Shown: positions 23,958 to 33,493, counted from the first letter of the stretch. The stretch is DNA of 48,220 nucleotides from Clostridia bacterium (GCA_017410445.1 JAFQQU010000010.1:1-48220); one strand, 5' to 3'. Made by a program: numbers and translations. The notes: a model not told the origin generated them from the letters alone.

Positions 23958-26939
23958 ATGCCCAATCAGGATTTACTCTGCTTCAGCTGTATGGCCAAGC
24001 TGCCGGAGGCGGGAGCGGTCTGTCCGCGATGCGGCCATGACAACCGGAACCGGTCGAACGGGCCGGGATATCTTTCCGGAATGATTCTGGAAAGGCAGTA
24101 TCTGGTCGGCAAGGTGCTGGGCCACGGCGGATTCGGCGTTACCTATATCGGTTTTGACATGAATCTGGCCCGCCGGGTGGCGATCAAGGAGTATTTCCCG
24201 CGGGAAATGGTGACCCGCGCGGGGAATTCCATTACGCTGCAGCCGTTTACCGGCATGGGCGACCAGTTTGCAAAGGGCTGCGAGCGGGCGCTGGACGAAG
24301 GACGGATGATTGCAAACATGCAGAACATCCCCAACGTCGTTCAGGTGTACAACGCGTTCCCGGCCAACGGCACCGTCTATACCATCATGGAATATATCGC
24401 AGGAACGACGCTGACGCATATGGTCGAGGGCGCCGGCCGTCTTCAGTGGAAGTATGCCTACGGCCAGATGAAGCCGGTCATGTTCGCGCTGGATCAGATT
24501 CATAAGCGCGGCGTTATTCACCGCGACATCAGCCCGGATAACGTCATGCTGAGCCATGAAATCGATCAGACCGTGCTGCTGGATTTCGGCGCGGCGCGCG
24601 CATATCAGGGCGTGAAAGGGCTGAGCAGCACGCTGAGGCCCGGCTTCGCTCCGGTCGAGCAGTACAGCAGCATCGCTTCGCAGGACGCGCGGACCGATGA
24701 ATATGCGCTGTGCGCGACCTTGTATTTCCTCGTAACCGGCAAAAGACCGCCGGAATCCACGCAGATTGCATACGGCGGCGTGCCGCTGCCCGATCCGATC
24801 AGCCTGGGCGCGGATATCTCCGAAAGCGTGCAGGCCGTGCTGCTGCGCGGCATGTCCGTCAGAATGGAGGAGCGGTACGGCTCGATCAGAGAGCTGATGC
24901 AGGCCTTCGATGAAGCCGAAAAGGCGCATTCCTCCAAACACAAAAAGAGAACTAAGGACAATACCTCCAATAAAGAGGGAATGAACATCGCACTGATCGC
25001 CGCGTGCGCGGGCGTAACCGTTGCGGCGCTGGTGGCGGCGATTCTGATCTTCAATAAAATTCAGGACCGGTCCGGCTCGCAGCCGGATCCGCAGCCGACC
25101 GTGCAGATTACGACTGCCACTCCGACGCCGACCGAAAAGCCGACCGAGAAGCCGACCGAAAAGCCGACCGAGAAGCCGACCGAGAAGCCGACTGCAAAGC
25201 CGACAGCGACGCCGACGATGAAGCCGACAGCGACGCCGACGATGAAGCCGACAGCGACGCCGACCGAAAAGCCGACAGCGACGCCGACTGCAAAGCCGAC
25301 AGCGACGCCGACTATGAAGCCGACAGCGACGCCGACTATGAAGCCGACAGCGACGCCTGTCGTATGGCCGGCGACGCAGCCGGAGCAGATCACCGGACTC
25401 TGGACGGACGGCGCTGATCAGTATCTGTCCTTCAGCGCAAACGGCAGATGCACGGTTACGACGCCGATGACGACGTTCAGATGGATGTGGGAGGACGCCG
25501 GCAGCGGAATGCTCAGGATGACGCTGGGCAATTACGCCGGCGAGCAGATCGCGGTCGACGAAAAAGGCGTGCTGCACATCGGCAGCGAAAAGAGCTTCTT
25601 CCGCGCCATGGGATCGATTGACGAGAGCGGATATGCGGGCATCTGGAGCGCCTGCTACTGGTCGTACGGCGGAGACCTGCGCAGCGAGGGCCGGGAGAGC
25701 ATGCTGGTACTGTCCATGGACGGCAGCGGCAGCTTCCTGAACGCGGACGGCGAGGTTGAAACCGGAAGCTGGTCCGGCGGGGACGGCGAAGCCTGGTTCG
25801 GAAAGGACAAAACGCCGATGACGCTGCTGGACGGCGGCTTCCTGAAGCTGGGCGAGGGCAAGGACTACACTGTATTCGGCTGGGGGCCGGACGCGGCATG
25901 GGCGCCGGTCGAAGGCAGCCGCGTGATGGGCATGCTGTGGGAGACGGGCGGCGACGGAAGCAACCGGCTGACGCGCAGCGATATTGCCTGCGCGGACGTT
26001 CAGGAGATCACCTTCCTGAATTCGACTGCCGACGCGCCGCGGAGCGCATGGGATTTCTCCGCGGAGGAGGACGGTTCCGTTCTGGCGTGGACCGATGCGG
26101 GCGACGACGGCATGGTCAGGCTGTATATCGGCGCGAACGGCGGCGTCAAGGCGGGCCCCGATATGAGCCGTGCGTTCTCCGGCGGAGAGAACGGCTTCAG
26201 CCGTCTTGAAAAAATCCGCATGGGCGGCGCGCTCGATACGTCTGAAACCTCGAACATGAGCGAGATGTTCGGAGGATGCGCCAGCCTGGCTGAGCTGGAC
26301 CTTTCCGGCATGAATACGGCGAATGTCGAGGATATGCAGGGCATGTTCGCCGACTGCTTCAGCCTGACAAAGCTGGATGTATCCGGCCTTGATACCTCGA
26401 AGGTCATAAACTTCGGGGATATGTTCGATTTCTGCACCAGCCTGACGGAGCTGGATATTTCCGGCTTCGATACCTCGAGCGCCGTGAATATGTTCAGCAT
26501 GTTCGGCTACTGTGAGGGCCTGACGAAGCTGGACGTATCCGGCTTTGATACCTCGAAGGTCAGCAGCATGGCTTTCATGTTCAATCATTGCACCGGCCTG
26601 ACCGAACTGGACCTGACCGCCTTCAATACATCCTCCGTCACGGATATGAGCTACATGTTTGAAGGCTGCGAGAGCCTGACCGCGCTGAACGTATCGTCCT
26701 TTGATACGTCCGGAGTGGCGTTCATGAACAGTATGTTCAAGGGTTGCACGGCGCTCCGCAAGCTGGATCTGTTCCGGTTCAACACCTCGAATGTTTTGTT
26801 CATGGACTTTATGTTCCAGAACTGCACGAGCCTCAGAACCATTCTGGCCGACCGCTACGGCTTCAGAATCCGCACCGGCGTTTCCACCACGGATATGTTC
26901 CTGGACTGCGGAACCCAGGAGCTGACTTATATTGACTGA
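23958..26939 (+). CDS. Receptor Ser/Thr protein kinase: Zn-ribbon + Hanks kinase + TM + PT-rich stalk + lipocalin-like modules + DUF285-type LRR ectodomain
   Basis: Zn-ribbon CFSC...CPRCG. Kinase motifs GHGGFGVTY, VAIKEY, HRDISPDNVML, DFGAAR and GFAPVEQY. TM helix MNIALIAACAGVTVAALVAAILIF (24981-25052). (PTEK)n/(PTATPTMK)n stalk. About eight 26-aa units LxxLDxSGxDTSxVxxMxxMFxxCxS. Confidence 0.85.
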   Translation: MPNQDLLCFSCMAKLPEAGAVCPRCGHDNRNRSNGPGYLSGMILERQYLVGKVLGHGGFGVTYIGFDMNLARRVAIKEYFPREMVTRAGNSITLQPFTGMGDQFAKGCERALDEGRMIANMQNIPNVVQVYNAFPANGTVYTIMEYIAGTTLTHMVEGAGRLQWKYAYGQMKPVMFALDQIHKRGVIHRDISPDNVMLSHEIDQTVLLDFGAARAYQGVKGLSSTLRPGFAPVEQYSSIASQDARTDEYALCATLYFLVTGKRPPESTQIAYGGVPLPDPISLGADISESVQAVLLRGMSVRMEERYGSIRELMQAFDEAEKAHSSKHKKRTKDNTSNKEGMNIALIAACAGVTVAALVAAILIFNKIQDRSGSQPDPQPTVQITTATPTPTEKPTEKPTEKPTEKPTEKPTAKPTATPTMKPTATPTMKPTATPTEKPTATPTAKPTATPTMKPTATPTMKPTATPVVWPATQPEQITGLWTDGADQYLSFSANGRCTVTTPMTTFRWMWEDAGSGMLRMTLGNYAGEQIAVDEKGVLHIGSEKSFFRAMGSIDESGYAGIWSACYWSYGGDLRSEGRESMLVLSMDGSGSFLNADGEVETGSWSGGDGEAWFGKDKTPMTLLDGGFLKLGEGKDYTVFGWGPDAAWAPVEGSRVMGMLWETGGDGSNRLTRSDIACADVQEITFLNSTADAPRSAWDFSAEEDGSVLAWTDAGDDGMVRLYIGANGGVKAGPDMSRAFSGGENGFSRLEKIRMGGALDTSETSNMSEMFGGCASLAELDLSGMNTANVEDMQGMFADCFSLTKLDVSGLDTSKVINFGDMFDFCTSLTELDISGFDTSSAVNMFSMFGYCEGLTKLDVSGFDTSKVSSMAFMFNHCTGLTELDLTAFNTSSVTDMSYMFEGCESLTALNVSSFDTSGVAFMNSMFKGCTALRKLDLFRFNTSNVLFMDFMFQNCTSLRTILADRYGFRIRTGVSTTDMFLDCGTQELTYID
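25128..25358 (+). repeat. Tandem 12-bp and 24-bp coding repeats (PT-rich stalk)
   Basis: Six copies of CCGACCGA(A/G)AAG in phase (the sixth is CCGACTGCAAAG) span 25128-25199. Six and a half copies of CCGACAGCGACGCCGACnnnnAAG run from 25200. Confidence 0.9.
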
Positions 26940-26972
26940 TCGGGAAAGCTTTCTTGAGAAAGGAGGGATGGG

Positions 26973-27791
26973 ATGCGTTCCGGCATTCAGACCAAACAAA
27001 CGGGAGCCGAGCGTACCGGCCGCGCTTTTCGCATTCTGGCGCGCGGCAGCAGCGACCCGGGCGCCCGCAGCGCTCAGCAGGATGCATTTCTCATCTCGGA
27101 CCGGAAGCTGAGCCGAGAGCGCGGCATGATGGCGGTGCTCTCGGACGGCATGGGCGGCATGCGCGACGGCGAGCTGTACAGCAGAATCGCCACGCAGGAA
27201 ATGATCCGCTATTTTGAAACCGCCGATCCCCGGCAAAACATCTGCGATATTCTGCTGAATGCATACCGCGCAGCCCGCCGGACTGCGCTTCAGCAGACGG
27301 GCGCGCACAGCGGAGGCGCGACGGTGGTCGCGGCGGCGGTGCGCAGCAGGCGCTGCGCGATTCTTTCGGTGGGCGACAGCCGGATCTGCCTGTTCCGGGG
27401 CGGCGGACTGATTCCGCTGAACCGGGAGCATACGCTGGGCCGTCAGCTGGACGAGCGGGCGGCGCTGGGCTATATTCCGGAGGAAGAGGCGCGCTACAAC
27501 ATCTACCGGGATACGCTGACCAATCACCTCTGCGCGGAAAGCGAGCTGCCGGCCGACCGGTGCCTGAAGCCGTTTAAGGTATGTCCGGGCGACAAGCTGC
27601 TGATGATGAGCGACGGCGTGTCCGGCACGCTGAGCGATGAGGAGATCGTCCGGTTTCTGAGCATGCCGCGCGTTTCCGGCGCAGACGCCATGATCGAGGA
27701 AATCCGTCGGCGCGGTCTGCCGAATCAGGACAATAGCACCGCATTGATACTGGCCTTTGAGTCTTACATAAAGACGGAAATCGGAGGATAA
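26973..27791 (+). CDS. PP2C-family Ser/Thr phosphatase, soluble
   Basis: Motifs QDAFLISD, AVLSDGMGGMRDGE, VGDSRICLF, MMSDGVSG and QDNSTALILAF. AAAGGAGGGATGGG RBS. Confidence 0.85.
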   Translation: MRSGIQTKQTGAERTGRAFRILARGSSDPGARSAQQDAFLISDRKLSRERGMMAVLSDGMGGMRDGELYSRIATQEMIRYFETADPRQNICDILLNAYRAARRTALQQTGAHSGGATVVAAAVRSRRCAILSVGDSRICLFRGGGLIPLNREHTLGRQLDERAALGYIPEEEARYNIYRDTLTNHLCAESELPADRCLKPFKVCPGDKLLMMSDGVSGTLSDEEIVRFLSMPRVSGADAMIEEIRRRGLPNQDNSTALILAFESYIKTEIGG

Positions 27792-27795
27792 TAAT

Positions 27796-28971
27796 ATGAA
27801 TAACTCTACTCAGGTCCCTGAAAGCACGCTTTCGTCTCAGGACGTCATGCCCGGACCGGCTCCGAATGGCGGCGTTGAAGTGATTCAGCCGGATGTATCG
27901 AAAATCCCCACGCAGACCCCTACGCAGACGCCCACGGCCGAACCGCAAGGAACGGCCGGGCCCGGCTCGACGGAAGCAGCCGCAATAACCCTGATCACGG
28001 AAATGCCCGCCCCCACCGGCGGAAAAACCGGCGGAGAAACCAAGGCGGATTTCCCCGGCGGCCTGATTTTCGGCATCTGTCTGGCGGCGGTCATCGCGCT
28101 GGCAGCTGCGGCCGCCGCGTATATGGCGGTGAAGCGGCAGAAGCCCGCTCCGACCCCTGATAACGGCCCGAAGGATGAGACTGGCTTCCAGAAGACGGAA
28201 GTCGTCGAGAATCCCGAGTCCGTCAGCGCGACCTGCTATGCGGCCGGCTATGCGCAGACCGTGGGCAGCCGCGGCAATCAGGAGGATTCCTGCTTCGTAT
28301 CCGACTGGAGCAATCCGGATACCGTGAATCTCAGGGGCGTTCTGGCGGTCGTGGCCGACGGCGTCGGCGGCATCAGCAACGGACAGGTTGCCAGCAATGC
28401 GGCCGTACAGAGCATGAAGGCCTATTTCGAGTCTCAGGGCGGCGGCGGCTCCATGAGCGGGCGGCTGCTTTCTCTGGCGGCGCAGGCGCAGAAGGATGTG
28501 CTGGGTGTGATCCGTCAGGTCGGCCGCTGCGCCACTACGCTGGTCACCGTGCTGATTCAGGACAGGCAGATGGTAATGCTGTCCGTCGGCGACAGCCGCA
28601 TTGCGCTGTACCGCGCAGGCGCGCTGCTGCAGCTCAACCGCGAGCATGTGGTCGGCAAGGAAATCGACGAAAATGCGGCGCTGCATGCGGAAGCCGTAGC
28701 GGACGGCCGCAAGCGGCAGGCGATCACCTCCTATCTGGGCAAGGATGATCTCCGCCTGATCGACCGGACCACCACGCCGCTTCAGCTGATTCCGGGCGAC
28801 CGCGTCCTGCTGATGAGCGACGGCGTATTCAACGCGATGAGCGACGACGAGCTGATTGCCTTCATGAACAGACCGCCGAAGCAGGCGGCGGAGGCCGTAA
28901 TCCGGGCGATTGAAGAGAAGAAGCTGTCCGGCCAGGACAACGCGACGATTGTTATTGTGGAAGTAAGATAA
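27796..28971 (+). CDS. PP2C-family Ser/Thr phosphatase with N-terminal PT-rich segment and TM anchor
   Basis: TM helix GLIFGICLAAVIALAAAAAAYMAV. PP2C motifs NQEDSCFVSD, AVVADGVGGISNG, VGDSRIALY, LLMSDGVFN and QDNATIVIVEV. The RBS lies inside the end of the upstream PP2C gene. Confidence 0.85.
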   Translation: MNNSTQVPESTLSSQDVMPGPAPNGGVEVIQPDVSKIPTQTPTQTPTAEPQGTAGPGSTEAAAITLITEMPAPTGGKTGGETKADFPGGLIFGICLAAVIALAAAAAAYMAVKRQKPAPTPDNGPKDETGFQKTEVVENPESVSATCYAAGYAQTVGSRGNQEDSCFVSDWSNPDTVNLRGVLAVVADGVGGISNGQVASNAAVQSMKAYFESQGGGGSMSGRLLSLAAQAQKDVLGVIRQVGRCATTLVTVLIQDRQMVMLSVGDSRIALYRAGALLQLNREHVVGKEIDENAALHAEAVADGRKRQAITSYLGKDDLRLIDRTTTPLQLIPGDRVLLMSDGVFNAMSDDELIAFMNRPPKQAAEAVIRAIEEKKLSGQDNATIVIVEVR

Positions 28972-28996
28972 GAGAAACGCGATGAGGTGATGCGCT

Positions 28997-31900
28997 ATGA
29001 AGAGAAGGCCTGTGATGCTGCTGGCAGCCATACTGCTGGCCGTCCTGGTGTTTCCGGCGGTTGTATGGGCCGTTTCGGGGAGCGGCGTTCTTCTGATCGA
29101 CGCTCCGAGAACCGAAGCGGAATACACCGTGCTGGGAACCTCTCTTCCGCGCAGCCGGGTTGCGTCGGTTACCTTTGAAGATACGCTGACGGCCGCTCCG
29201 GCGGATGCATGGGACGTCTCCAAGTCTCAGGACGGAAGCCTGCTGGCATGGGCGGTTCCGAACGGAAGTCTGTATGATCTGCATATTGCCGGAGAGGGCG
29301 GCGTCCGGGCCGCGCAGTATTCGGCGGGGCTCTTTGAAGGGTATACCGCGCTTCAGAGGATTTATTTCAACGGATGCTTCGATACGAGCGGCGTCATTAG
29401 TATGGACGCCATGTTCAAGGGCTGCAGCTCGCTGACCGAGCTGGACCTGACCGGATTTGACGTCGGCCGCGTTGAATTCATGGATGATTTTTTCTATGGA
29501 TGCTCTGCGCTTCAGCTCATCCGGGTCCGGGAGGACTTCGTCCCGCCCGAGGGCACGAACATGCGCCGCATGTTTTTCGACTGCAGCGCCCGGCTGGTCT
29601 ACGCTGTTGCGCCGCAGCAGCCGGCCAGCAATATTCTGCGCGGCGACCGGCTGACGGCGGCCGAGAAGACGGCCAATACCGGCAAGGTATTCGGCAGCTC
29701 CATCCCGCGCGGACAGATTGAATCGGTCGCCTTTGTAAGCAGCCTGTCCGGCATGCCGTCCGGCGCGTGGGACGTATCTGAGGAGGGCGACGGCTCCGTC
29801 ATGGCATGGACCGAGCCCGCCGGAGAGATGCATCATCTGTACATCGGCGCAAACGGCGTTATTAAGGCCGGCGCGGATACCTGCCGCGAGCTGTTCAAGG
29901 GCTATTCCAATGTAAAGACCATCCGCTTTGACGGCGCGTTTGATACGAGCGCCGCAGAGAACATGCAGCTGATGTTCTCCGGCTGCTCCGCTCTGACCGA
30001 ACTGGATGTGTCCGGCTTTGATACCTCCAATGTCAGAAACATGCTGTCTATGTTCTACGGCTGCTCCGCCCTGACCGAATTGGATGTGTCCGGCTTTGAT
30101 ACGTCTGCGGTTGAGACCATGCGGACCATGTTCTACGAATGCTCTTCGCTGAAGAAGCTGAATGTTTCGGGCTTCAATACATCAAACGTCACCAGCATGA
30201 GGTCCATGTTCTATGGCTGTGGCAGCCTGACCGAACTGGATGTATCCGGCTTTGATACGTCGGCGGTTGAATCCATGGGTGCAATGTTCTATGAGTGCTC
30301 TAGACTGGAGCAGCTGGACGTGTCCGGTTTTGACACCGGCAGAGTCACGGATATGGCCGATGTGTTTAACGGCTGTGGCAGCCTGACCGAACTGGATGTA
30401 TCCGGGTTCAATACGGAAGCTGCAACAACGATGCAGGGTATGTTCTGCGAATGCTTTGCGTTGAAGCAGCTGGATGTGTCTGGATTCAGTACCGCCGGGG
30501 TTACGGATATGTCGTTCATGTTCTATAAGTGCAATGTCTTGAGAACGTTGGATGTGTCCGGCTTTGATACGTCGGCGGTTGAGACCATGAGCGCGATGTT
30601 CTATGAGTGCTCCAGACTGGAGCAGCTTGATGTCTCCGGGTTTGATACCGGCAGAGTCATTGATATGGCGCACATCTTCTACGGCTGTGGCAGCCTGACT
30701 GCGCTGGATGTAACCGGCTTTGACACTTCGTCTGTTGCGACGATGCACGACCTGTTCTCCGGCTGCTCCGCCCTGACCGAACTGAATGTCTCCGGCTTTG
30801 ACACCGGAAGCGCTGCGGATATGTCGGGCATGTTCTCCGGCTGCTCCGCTCTGACGTATCTGGACCTGACCGGATTTGATACCGCGGGCGTATCGAACAT
30901 GTCGAATATGTTCGAAAACTGCACTGCCTTGGCGAATATTCTGGTTGGCGAGCGCTTTGTCATCGGACAGAATACAGAGACGGCAGATATGTTCACCTAC
31001 TGCAAGGCCGGAGGGCTGACCTATCTGCGCGGCGACAGCAATATTCTGCGCGGCGACGAGGGCGGGACGGTGCTGGGCAGCGAGATTCCGCGCACGCAGA
31101 TTGCGTCCGTTACCTTTGCGGACAGCCTGTCCGGCATGACAGAGGATGCATGGGACGCATCGGCGGAAGGCGACCGCTCGGTCATGGCATGGACCGAACC
31201 GAACGGCGAACTGTATGACCTGTATATCGGCGCAAACGGTGTTATTAGGGCCGGCGCGAATACCTGCCGCGGGCTGTTTAAGGGCTATTCCAATGCGAAG
31301 ATCATCCGCTTCGGCGGCTGCTTTGATACGAGCGGCGCGGCGGATATGAGCTTCATGTTCTCCGAGTGCCGCAGTCTGACGGAGCTGGACGTAAGCGGAT
31401 TTAGAACCGGCGGCGTTACGGACCTGTCCGGCATGTTCAGCTACTGCAGCGGGCTGAGAAATCTGGATGTGAGCGGCTTTGATACGCGGAACGTCCTGAA
31501 TATGGAGGATTTGTTCTTCAACTGTAGCGCGCTGGAGCAGCTGGATGTAAGCGGGTTTGATACCGCCAGCGTTACGGATATGAGCTGGATGTTTGCAAGA
31601 TGCGGCGCGCTGACCGAACTGGATATCACCGGCTTCGACACGGCCAATGTCGGGGACATGGCGCATATGTTCGAATACAGCGGCACGCTGACCCGCATTC
31701 TGGTCGGAAAAGGCTTCGTCATCGGAACCAAAACGGACACCGGAAGCATGTTTGCAAACTGTGGGGTCAGCGGGCTGACCCGTGTCTCCGACGGCGGTAC
31801 GCTCCGCCACGATATGCTCACTGTACGGGAGCGGATGAATAATGCCGGCGCCGTCATGGACAGCGGCATTCCGCGTACGCAGATTGCGGAGGTCCGCTTC

Positions 31901-33436
31901 GTGAACAGTCTGGAAGGTATGCCGGAGGATGCGTGGGACGTATCTGTGGAGAGAAACGGCTCCGTCATGGCATGGACCGAACCGAACGGCGGGCTGTATA
32001 ACCTGTTCATCGGCTCATATGGCACGATCAGGGCCGATACGCTGACCTGCCGCGACCTGTTCAGCGGCTATTCCTCCGCGCAGGTTATTGATTTCGGCGG
32101 AATCTTCGATACGAGCGCCGCAAAGGATATGGCGTGCATGTTCTCCGGCTGCTCGTCGCTCACACAGCTGGACGTAAGAGGCTTCGATACGTCCAATGCG
32201 GCGGATATGAGAGAGATGTTCTATCACTGCTTTGAGCTGAGAGATCTGGATGTGAGCGGCTTCGATACGTCCAATGTAACGAATATGAGACGCATGTTCT
32301 GCAGCTGCGGCATGCTGAAGCTGCTGGATGTGAGCGGCTTCAATACCAGCCGCGTCACAGATATGTCTTATATGTTCTACAGCTGCGTGGACCTGAACAC
32401 GCTGGACACGGCCGGATTTGACACTTCTAACGTAGTTGATTTTTCGTATATGTTCGGCAAGTGCTCTAGCCTGAAAGGGCTGAATCTGACGGGCTTCCAT
32501 ACGGTAAGCGCCCAAAGCATGAACCGCATGTTCAACGGCTGCTCTTCTCTGAGGCAGCTGACGCTGCCCGGGTTTGTCACCGAGCAGGTCGCCGATATGA
32601 GCGGCATGTTCGGCGGGTGCCAAATGCTGAAAAGCATTCAGGTCCGGGAAGGTTTTGTCATCCATCCGGATGCGAATGACGAGGGCATGTTCCTCGGCTG
32701 CGGCACGCATAGCCTGACCAGGCTTCCCGATGAAGGCGGCGTTCTCCGCAGCGATATGCTGACCGCTGCAGAGCGGCAGTATCACACCGGCAAGGTGCTG
32801 GGCAGCGACATTTACCGCGCGGAGATTGCGTCGGTCAGCTTTGTCGCAAGCCTGTCCGGCATGACGGACGGCGCATGGGACGTTTCCGAGGCGGGCGACG
32901 GCTCGGTCATGGCATGGGCGGTGCCCGACGGAGAGATGTATCATCTGTATATCGGCGCAAACGGCTCCATCCGGGCAGGCAGGAAAACCTGCCGGGATCT
33001 GTTCTGCGATTATTCCGGCGCGGAGGTCATCCGCTTCGGCGGCCTGTTCAATACAGGCGATGCAGAGGATTTTTCCTATATGTTCAGCGGATGCTCCTCG
33101 CTGACGGAACTGAACCTGTTCGGATTCAACGCACGCAGCGCGGAAATCTTCAAGGATATGCTCTCCGGCTGCGGCAGCCTGCTGGCTGTAAGCGCGCCCA
33201 ACGGCGTCGTTTTTGATGCGAACGCCACGATAGCCAAAGGAATGAGCGGCGATCGTGTAAGCATTGTTCAGGAGGCGCTGTCGCACGGAGGCTATCTGAG
33301 CGGAAGCGTTGACGGAATTTTCGGAAGCGGCACGGAAAGCGCGGTGAAGAAGTTCCAGAAGGACGCCCGGTTGGACGAGACCGGCGTCGTGGACGGCTCG
33401 ACGATGGCCGCGCTGCTGCTCCGGCATTGGGACTAA
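28997..33436 (+). CDS. Giant secreted DUF285/BspA-family LRR protein (5 super-modules) with C-terminal PG_binding_1 domain
   Basis: Signal peptide MKRRPVMLLAAILLAVLVFPAVVWA. Five cap modules (..AWDVSxxGDGSVMAW..), each followed by runs of 26-aa units LTELDVSGFDTSxVxxMxxMFxxCxx. C-terminal GDRVSIVQEALSHGGYLSGSVDGIFGSGTESAVKKFQKDARLDETGVVDGSTMAALL. Confidence 0.85.
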   Translation: MKRRPVMLLAAILLAVLVFPAVVWAVSGSGVLLIDAPRTEAEYTVLGTSLPRSRVASVTFEDTLTAAPADAWDVSKSQDGSLLAWAVPNGSLYDLHIAGEGGVRAAQYSAGLFEGYTALQRIYFNGCFDTSGVISMDAMFKGCSSLTELDLTGFDVGRVEFMDDFFYGCSALQLIRVREDFVPPEGTNMRRMFFDCSARLVYAVAPQQPASNILRGDRLTAAEKTANTGKVFGSSIPRGQIESVAFVSSLSGMPSGAWDVSEEGDGSVMAWTEPAGEMHHLYIGANGVIKAGADTCRELFKGYSNVKTIRFDGAFDTSAAENMQLMFSGCSALTELDVSGFDTSNVRNMLSMFYGCSALTELDVSGFDTSAVETMRTMFYECSSLKKLNVSGFNTSNVTSMRSMFYGCGSLTELDVSGFDTSAVESMGAMFYECSRLEQLDVSGFDTGRVTDMADVFNGCGSLTELDVSGFNTEAATTMQGMFCECFALKQLDVSGFSTAGVTDMSFMFYKCNVLRTLDVSGFDTSAVETMSAMFYECSRLEQLDVSGFDTGRVIDMAHIFYGCGSLTALDVTGFDTSSVATMHDLFSGCSALTELNVSGFDTGSAADMSGMFSGCSALTYLDLTGFDTAGVSNMSNMFENCTALANILVGERFVIGQNTETADMFTYCKAGGLTYLRGDSNILRGDEGGTVLGSEIPRTQIASVTFADSLSGMTEDAWDASAEGDRSVMAWTEPNGELYDLYIGANGVIRAGANTCRGLFKGYSNAKIIRFGGCFDTSGAADMSFMFSECRSLTELDVSGFRTGGVTDLSGMFSYCSGLRNLDVSGFDTRNVLNMEDLFFNCSALEQLDVSGFDTASVTDMSWMFARCGALTELDITGFDTANVGDMAHMFEYSGTLTRILVGKGFVIGTKTDTGSMFANCGVSGLTRVSDGGTLRHDMLTVRERMNNAGAVMDSGIPRTQIAEVRFVNSLEGMPEDAWDVSVERNGSVMAWTEPNGGLYNLFIGSYGTIRADTLTCRDLFSGYSSAQVIDFGGIFDTSAAKDMACMFSGCSSLTQLDVRGFDTSNAADMREMFYHCFELRDLDVSGFDTSNVTNMRRMFCSCGMLKLLDVSGFNTSRVTDMSYMFYSCVDLNTLDTAGFDTSNVVDFSYMFGKCSSLKGLNLTGFHTVSAQSMNRMFNGCSSLRQLTLPGFVTEQVADMSGMFGGCQMLKSIQVREGFVIHPDANDEGMFLGCGTHSLTRLPDEGGVLRSDMLTAAERQYHTGKVLGSDIYRAEIASVSFVASLSGMTDGAWDVSEAGDGSVMAWAVPDGEMYHLYIGANGSIRAGRKTCRDLFCDYSGAEVIRFGGLFNTGDAEDFSYMFSGCSSLTELNLFGFNARSAEIFKDMLSGCGSLLAVSAPNGVVFDANATIAKGMSGDRVSIVQEALSHGGYLSGSVDGIFGSGTESAVKKFQKDARLDETGVVDGSTMAALLLRHWD

Positions 33437-33493
33437 TATAAGGAAGGAATCGGAAACCCAATTCGCGCCGTGCGGACGGGAGGAGAGAAACAC

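Noticed and set aside
23497-23960. Invertible (phase-variable) promoter in front of the kinase operon
   Set aside because: The repeated 9-10-mers around the promoter (GATTTCGGGG, CGGCGATTT) are direct, not inverted. The only inverted repeat (23497-23544) lies wholly upstream of the promoter. No recombinase gene is nearby.
23973-27527. 1184-aa minus-strand ORF
   Set aside because: It is antisense to the receptor kinase and a PP2C gene, whose catalytic motifs are unambiguous on the + strand. Its RRRCRL periodicity is the PT-stalk repeat read backwards.
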